A DNA stretch of 9,319 nucleotides, taken from the IMG/VR virus record IMGVR_UViG_2547132488_000013; one strand, 5' to 3'. The notes beneath the pieces are model-generated. The model was not told the origin of the DNA. It searched no databases and saw only the letters and a list, made by a program, of their open reading frames with translations. Each line of letters starts with the position of its first letter. Positions within the stretch are counted from its first letter, which is position 1. Both the position numbers and the translations under genes were made by a program. This document shows positions 6,074 through 9,319 of the stretch, piece after piece. Source of the stretch: a virus. Taxonomy: Duplodnaviria; Heunggongvirae; Uroviricota; Caudoviricetes.

Positions 6074-6294
6074 GAAGGAAACAAAACAGAAACAACAATT
6101 GCCGTTACCTGTTGTTACCATGGCAAGTAAACGTATCTCAGGCGAGCGCATTGCACCGTTCTGACGCAGATAAATTAGCCATGGATAGATGGTGCTGGCA
6201 ATAAAAAATAGCGTTTTCTTATCGGTGTCGGTAAGATTGCTGCGGGTGCTTGAGGCTGTCTGCCTCGGGCATGCCACTGTAAGGCAGGCAGAGA

Positions 6295-6397
6295 AAAGCC
6301 CCAGTTAACATTACGCGTCCGGCAAGACGCTTAACATTAATCTGAGGCTCCCTATGCATGACAACATCAGGTTAGCCTCTTACGTGCCGAAAGGCAA
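6295..6397 (-). ncRNA. sok: Candidate Sok-like antisense RNA locus (promoter plus expected transcript over the mok start)
   Basis: Minus strand reads TTGCCT (plus 6392-6397), 17-nt spacer, TAACCT (plus 6369-6374), predicting a leftward transcript from about 6362 across the mok start (6354-6356). This is where Sok maps in hok/sok loci. Transcript 3' end not identified. Confidence 0.3.
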
Positions 6398-6566
6398 GGA
6401 GAAGCAGGCTATGAAGCAGCAAAAGGCGATGTTAATCGCCCTGATCGTCATCTGTTTAACCGTCATAGTGACGGCACTGGTAACGAGGAAAGACCTCTGC
6501 GAGGTACGAATCCGAACCGGCCAGACGGAGGTCGCTGTCTTCACAGCTTACGAACCTGAGGAGTAA
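6354..6566 (+). CDS. mok: Mok-like in-frame N-terminal extension of hok (overlapping regulatory reading frame)
   Basis: ATG 6354 opens a 70-codon frame whose last 51 codons are hok. This matches the layout I recall for chromosomal mok/hok pairs such as mokC/hokC. Confidence 0.4.
   Translation: MHDNIRLASYVPKGKEKQAMKQQKAMLIALIVICLTVIVTALVTRKDLCEVRIRTGQTEVAVFTAYEPEE
6411..6566 (+). CDS. hok: Hok/Gef-family type I toxin (small membrane-depolarising peptide)
   Basis: 51 aa: MKQQKAMLIALIVICLTVIVTALVTRKDLCEVRIRTGQTEVAVFTAYEPEE. N-terminal TM helix and conserved RKDLCEVRIRTGQTEVAVFTAYE signature of Hok/Gef/RelF. SD AAGGAG (6396-6401) 9 nt upstream. Confidence 0.85.
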   Translation: MKQQKAMLIALIVICLTVIVTALVTRKDLCEVRIRTGQTEVAVFTAYEPEE

Positions 6567-6633
6567 GAGACCAGGCGGGGGAGAAATCCCTCGCCACCTC
6601 TGATGTGTCAGGCATCCTCAACGCACCCGCACT

Positions 6634-6654
6634 TAACCCGCTTCGGCGGGTTTT
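6634..6654 (+). terminator. Rho-independent terminator downstream of hok
   Basis: AACCCGC-TTCG-GCGGGTTTTT: 6-bp stem (6635-6640 / 6645-6650), TTCG tetraloop, T-tract 6650-6654. Confidence 0.7.
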
Positions 6655-6781
6655 TCGTCGCATTATGAGGTTGTAATTTTAGCTACCATTAGACTATCCT
6701 AAGGATCTCAAACAGATCTATTTTGCATCAAATTTGGTGCATGGCTTTGCCAATAATCGGAAAACAAAAGGACTCATTAGT

Positions 6782-6961
6782 ATGAGCTGCCCACTCAAAA
6801 AACACACGCGGTTGAGTATTCCGCCTCGCGATAAAAGCGTTGTGGCAGTCCCTCGCCCAGCGATTGATGAAAACTGCGCACATCGTGAACAAGTGAAAAA
6901 TGCTTTTGATTTCGGTTTTTCTCGTTATGAGAAAGCCATGGAAGACCTCTCTAAAGTGTAA
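6782..6961 (+). CDS. Small ORF upstream of the Doc-family toxin; putative cognate antitoxin
   Basis: ATG 6782 with SD AAGGA (6768-6772), 59 aa. Ends 20 nt before the Doc-like gene, the usual antitoxin-first layout. The track start at 6734 is a TTG with no SD. No recognisable Phd signature; role inferred from position only. Confidence 0.5.
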   Translation: MSCPLKKHTRLSIPPRDKSVVAVPRPAIDENCAHREQVKNAFDFGFSRYEKAMEDLSKV

Positions 6962-6981
6962 TAGATGGGGGGCTGTACTCC

Positions 6982-7467
6982 ATGGCTGAGATTGTTGAAG
7001 GTGTGCATTACCTTACGGTTGATGATCTTGTTGAAATCAATCGTTCCCTAATTGAATTACAGACGCCAGATGAGCCCGTTGGTGTTCTGAGTCCAGATAA
7101 CTTAAGTTCTTCTCAGGCCCGTCCCAGCATGGTTCGATGGTATGAACAGATCAATGACATGTTTGTACTGGCATCGGTATTGATTGAAAGTCTGATTCAG
7201 AATCATCCGTTTGCTAATGCGAACAAACGAACAGCTATGATGGCTGGTTACGTCTTCTTGTTGTTGAATGGCTATGAGTTAACAGCACCAGGCGATGAAA
7301 TCGTGGAAATGGCAGAGGGACTGGCCTGCAAAACCTATACTCGAGAAGATCTCGAGAACTGGTTGTGTTATTGGTCTCGTGCGTATGACAGCCGGGAATT
7401 ATGTAAAACAGGCGCAACTATTGTTTTGTATGAAACTATCAAGCTTAAAATAGAACAGCAAAACTAA
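6982..7467 (+). CDS. doc: Doc (death-on-curing) / Fic-fold family toxin
   Basis: 161-aa ORF containing HPFANANKRTAMMAGYVFLLLNGYEL, which matches the Doc-type catalytic motif (compare P1 Doc HIFNDANKRTA). Confidence 0.8.
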   Translation: MAEIVEGVHYLTVDDLVEINRSLIELQTPDEPVGVLSPDNLSSSQARPSMVRWYEQINDMFVLASVLIESLIQNHPFANANKRTAMMAGYVFLLLNGYELTAPGDEIVEMAEGLACKTYTREDLENWLCYWSRAYDSRELCKTGATIVLYETIKLKIEQQN

Positions 7468-7483
7468 AGGTGCTTCCAATGAA

Positions 7484-7505
7484 AACCCGCTTCGGCGGGT
7501 TTTTT
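7484..7505 (+). terminator. Rho-independent terminator downstream of doc (same hairpin as the hok terminator)
   Basis: AACCCGC-TTCG-GCGGGTTTTTT: stem 7485-7490 / 7495-7500, T-tract 7500-7505; begins 17 nt after the doc stop. Confidence 0.7.
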
Positions 7506-7580
7506 GTTTTACGTATTCTGGTTTACAATCCACAGGCCAGCCTGAACAACTGGCACCTGCTGCGCCAGCAGAGAAAACCG

Positions 7581-7853
7581 ATGGCGCACAATACCAAACA
7601 TCACAATTCTGATACCGACCTTGCCAGCAGGCACGGGCGGCGTTCTCATACATTCAAATATGACTGGTACCAGCATGACCCATGCACTGAAGAACAGGCC
7701 GAATGGCTGATTCAGAACTACCGCAGGCGTGGGTACGAGTTTCAGAAAGACCTCAGCCCTGACTTCCGACACTGGATAATTTCTGTCAGGCTCCCTTATT
7801 CCGAACGCCCACCGCGTCCATCCCGCACATACCAGCAACGGATCTGGAGGTAA
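7581..7853 (+). CDS. Small basic protein in the position of Qin-prophage Rem (90 aa)
   Basis: ATG 7581 chosen because the track ORF from 7470 reads through the terminator hairpin. Lies immediately upstream of the YdfU-like gene, as rem does in Qin. Weak SD; start codon uncertain. Confidence 0.5.
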   Translation: MAHNTKHHNSDTDLASRHGRRSHTFKYDWYQHDPCTEEQAEWLIQNYRRRGYEFQKDLSPDFRHWIISVRLPYSERPPRPSRTYQQRIWR

Positions 7854-7854
7854 C

Positions 7855-8904
7855 GTGCGGGTATTAGTTCGACCTGCCCTGGTACCGGAACTCGGACTGG
7901 TGGTGCTAAAGCCGGGCCGCGAATCCATGCAGGTATTTCATAGCCCTCGAGTGCTGGTGGAGCCGGAACCGAAAAGTATGCGCGGTCTGCCGTCCGGAGC
8001 CGTCCCTGCCGTTCGCCAGCCGCTGGCGGAAGATAAATCATTACTGCCATTTTTCAGCAATGAGCGGGTAATTCGTGCTGCCGGTGGCACTGGTGCACTG
8101 TCTGACTGGCTCCTGCGTCATGTTAAATCCTGCCAGTGGCCTCATGGTGACTATCATCACAGTGAAATCGTCATACATCGTTACGGTACCGGCGCTATTG
8201 TGTTGTGCTGGCACTGCGACAACCAGCTGCGTGACCAGACCTCAGAATCACTTGAGCAACTTGCTCAACAAAACCTGGCAGCATGGATGATTGACGTCAT
8301 CCGTCACGCAATAAGCGGTGCGCAGGAGCGTGAATTATCGCTGGCTGAATTATCCTGGTGGGCTGTCTGCAATCAGGTGGCGGACGCACTACCGGAGGTA
8401 GTATTACGTCGTTCTCTGGGGTTACGTGCGGAAAAAATTCGCTCGGTGTACCGCGAAAGCGACATCATACCGGGAGAGCAGACAGCCACCAGCATACTGA
8501 AGCAGCGCACAAAAAATATTGTGCTATCGCCTCACGTCCACCAGCAACAGAACTCACCGCAGGAAAAGGCGGTGGTCAGCATTGCCGTTGATCCGGAGTC
8601 TCCGGAATCTTTCATGAAGCGACCTAAACGTCGCCGTTGGATAAATGAGAAATACACACGCTGGGTGAAGACACAGCCGTGTGCGTGTTGTGGTAAGCCA
8701 GCCGACGATCCCCATCACCTGATTGGTCATGGTCAGGGCGGAATGGGAACAAAATCCCACGATATTTTCACGCTACCGCTGTGTCGGGAGCATCACAACG
8801 AACTTCATGCGGATCCGCTGGCGTTCGAAGAAAAGCATGGTTCTCAGGTTGATTTAATTTTTCGTTTTCTTGATCACGCCTTTGCAACCGGTGTGCTTGG
8901 GTAA
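7855..8904 (+). CDS. YdfU-like prophage protein (DUF968-type) with C-terminal Cys/His-rich putative metal-binding nuclease-like motif
   Basis: 349-aa ORF, GTG start 4 nt after SD GGAGG (7846-7850). C-terminus CACCGKPADDPHHLIGHGQGGMGTKSHDIFTLPLCREHHNELH. Length and position (between a rem-like gene and rusA) fit Qin-type YdfU. Confidence 0.75.
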   Translation: MRVLVRPALVPELGLVVLKPGRESMQVFHSPRVLVEPEPKSMRGLPSGAVPAVRQPLAEDKSLLPFFSNERVIRAAGGTGALSDWLLRHVKSCQWPHGDYHHSEIVIHRYGTGAIVLCWHCDNQLRDQTSESLEQLAQQNLAAWMIDVIRHAISGAQERELSLAELSWWAVCNQVADALPEVVLRRSLGLRAEKIRSVYRESDIIPGEQTATSILKQRTKNIVLSPHVHQQQNSPQEKAVVSIAVDPESPESFMKRPKRRRWINEKYTRWVKTQPCACCGKPADDPHHLIGHGQGGMGTKSHDIFTLPLCREHHNELHADPLAFEEKHGSQVDLIFRFLDHAFATGVLG

Positions 8905-8916
8905 AAGGGGGTATTG

Positions 8917-9276
8917 ATGTGTATAGAGTTTGTTTTGCCTTACCCGCCGACGGTGAACACCTACTGGCGTCGTCGTGGCAGCACATATTTTGTATCAAAA
9001 GCCGGTGAGCGTTATCGCCGTGATGTGGCGCTTATTGTTCGCCAGCAGCGGCTGAAATTAACCCTGTCCGGAAGGCTGGCGATAAAGATCATTGCAGAGC
9101 CGCCGGATAAGCGCCGTCGTGACCTGGACAATATTCTGAAAGCACCACTGGATGCGCTGACGCATGCCGGACTTCTCATAGACGACGAGCAGTTTGATGA
9201 AATCAATATTGTGCGCGGTCAGCGCGTTCCTGGGGGGCGGCTGGGCGTGAAGATTTACAAAATTGAGAGTGAGTGA
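8917..9276 (+). CDS. rusA: RusA-family Holliday junction resolvase
   Basis: 119 aa from ATG 8917 (the track's 8914 is an in-frame TTG), SD GGGGG (8907-8911). Contains the RusA acidic catalytic signature RRRDLDN...LDAL...IDDEQ. Confidence 0.85.
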   Translation: MCIEFVLPYPPTVNTYWRRRGSTYFVSKAGERYRRDVALIVRQQRLKLTLSGRLAIKIIAEPPDKRRRDLDNILKAPLDALTHAGLLIDDEQFDEINIVRGQRVPGGRLGVKIYKIESE

Positions 9277-9284
9277 TCGTAAAT

Positions 9285-9319
9285 ATGATATACCCGGAAA
9301 TTACAGGCAAAAGCGGCGA
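9285..9319 (+). CDS. Possible start of next gene (partial, 11 codons), product unknown
   Basis: ATG 9285 eight nt after the rusA stop; open to window end (MIYPEITGKSG). Too short to assess. Confidence 0.2.
   Translation, partial: MIYPEITGKSG

Noticed and set aside
5854-6277. Minus-strand ORFs (76 aa and 122 aa) spanning the terminator region
   Set aside because: The 122-aa frame reads straight through the strong terminator hairpin at 6048-6068, and both overlap the end of a plus-strand gene; judged non-coding.
6734-6781. Longer TTG-initiated version of the putative antitoxin
   Set aside because: Non-ATG start without an SD; the internal ATG at 6782 has an SD at correct spacing.
7470-7580. 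Extended start of the rem-like ORF (track start 7470)
   Set aside because: The extension translates the terminator hairpin and T-tract (7484-7505); a start after the terminator (ATG 7581) is more plausible.
7235-8050. Minus-strand ORFs (60, 84, 139 and 84 aa) opposite doc, rem-like and ydfU-like genes
   Set aside because: Antisense shadow ORFs overlapping genes with clear family signatures.
8075-8591. Plus-strand out-of-frame ORFs (71 aa and 77 aa) inside the YdfU-like gene
   Set aside because: Nested alternative-frame ORFs within a 349-aa CDS that has a strong SD and a conserved C-terminal motif; no evidence for overlapping genes.
8554-9206. Minus-strand ORFs (68, 76 and 64 aa) opposite ydfU-like and rusA
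   Set aside because: Antisense to well-supported genes, including RusA with its catalytic signature.

Overview
This window reads as the early region of a mosaic lambdoid (Rac/Qin-like) enterobacterial prophage. All calls rest on reading the sequence and recalling family motifs; no database search was run. Leftward: a LexA-like (HTH + S24 peptidase) CI-type repressor (410-1057, minus) with its own terminator, then a 5'-partial leftward gene at the window edge. Rightward from a divergent operator/promoter region: a Cro/YdaS-like regulator, a YdaT-like protein, a small ORF, and a replication initiator whose coding sequence carries an iteron array plus AT-rich repeats (candidate origin). Next comes a block of seven tightly packed ORFs of unknown function (3121-5957), including an AT-rich single-TM ORF, a very acidic small protein and two adjacent paralogs, followed by an unannotated 27-codon membrane peptide and a bidirectional terminator. 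A toxin island follows: a Hok/Gef-family type I toxin with an in-frame Mok-like extension and a candidate antisense Sok promoter, then a small antitoxin-like ORF with a Doc/Fic-family toxin. Both toxin units end in the same 21-nt terminator hairpin. The window closes with Rem-like, YdfU-like (DUF968-type) and RusA genes. The most interesting parts are the uncharacterised 3121-6037 block and the cassette-like toxin island.
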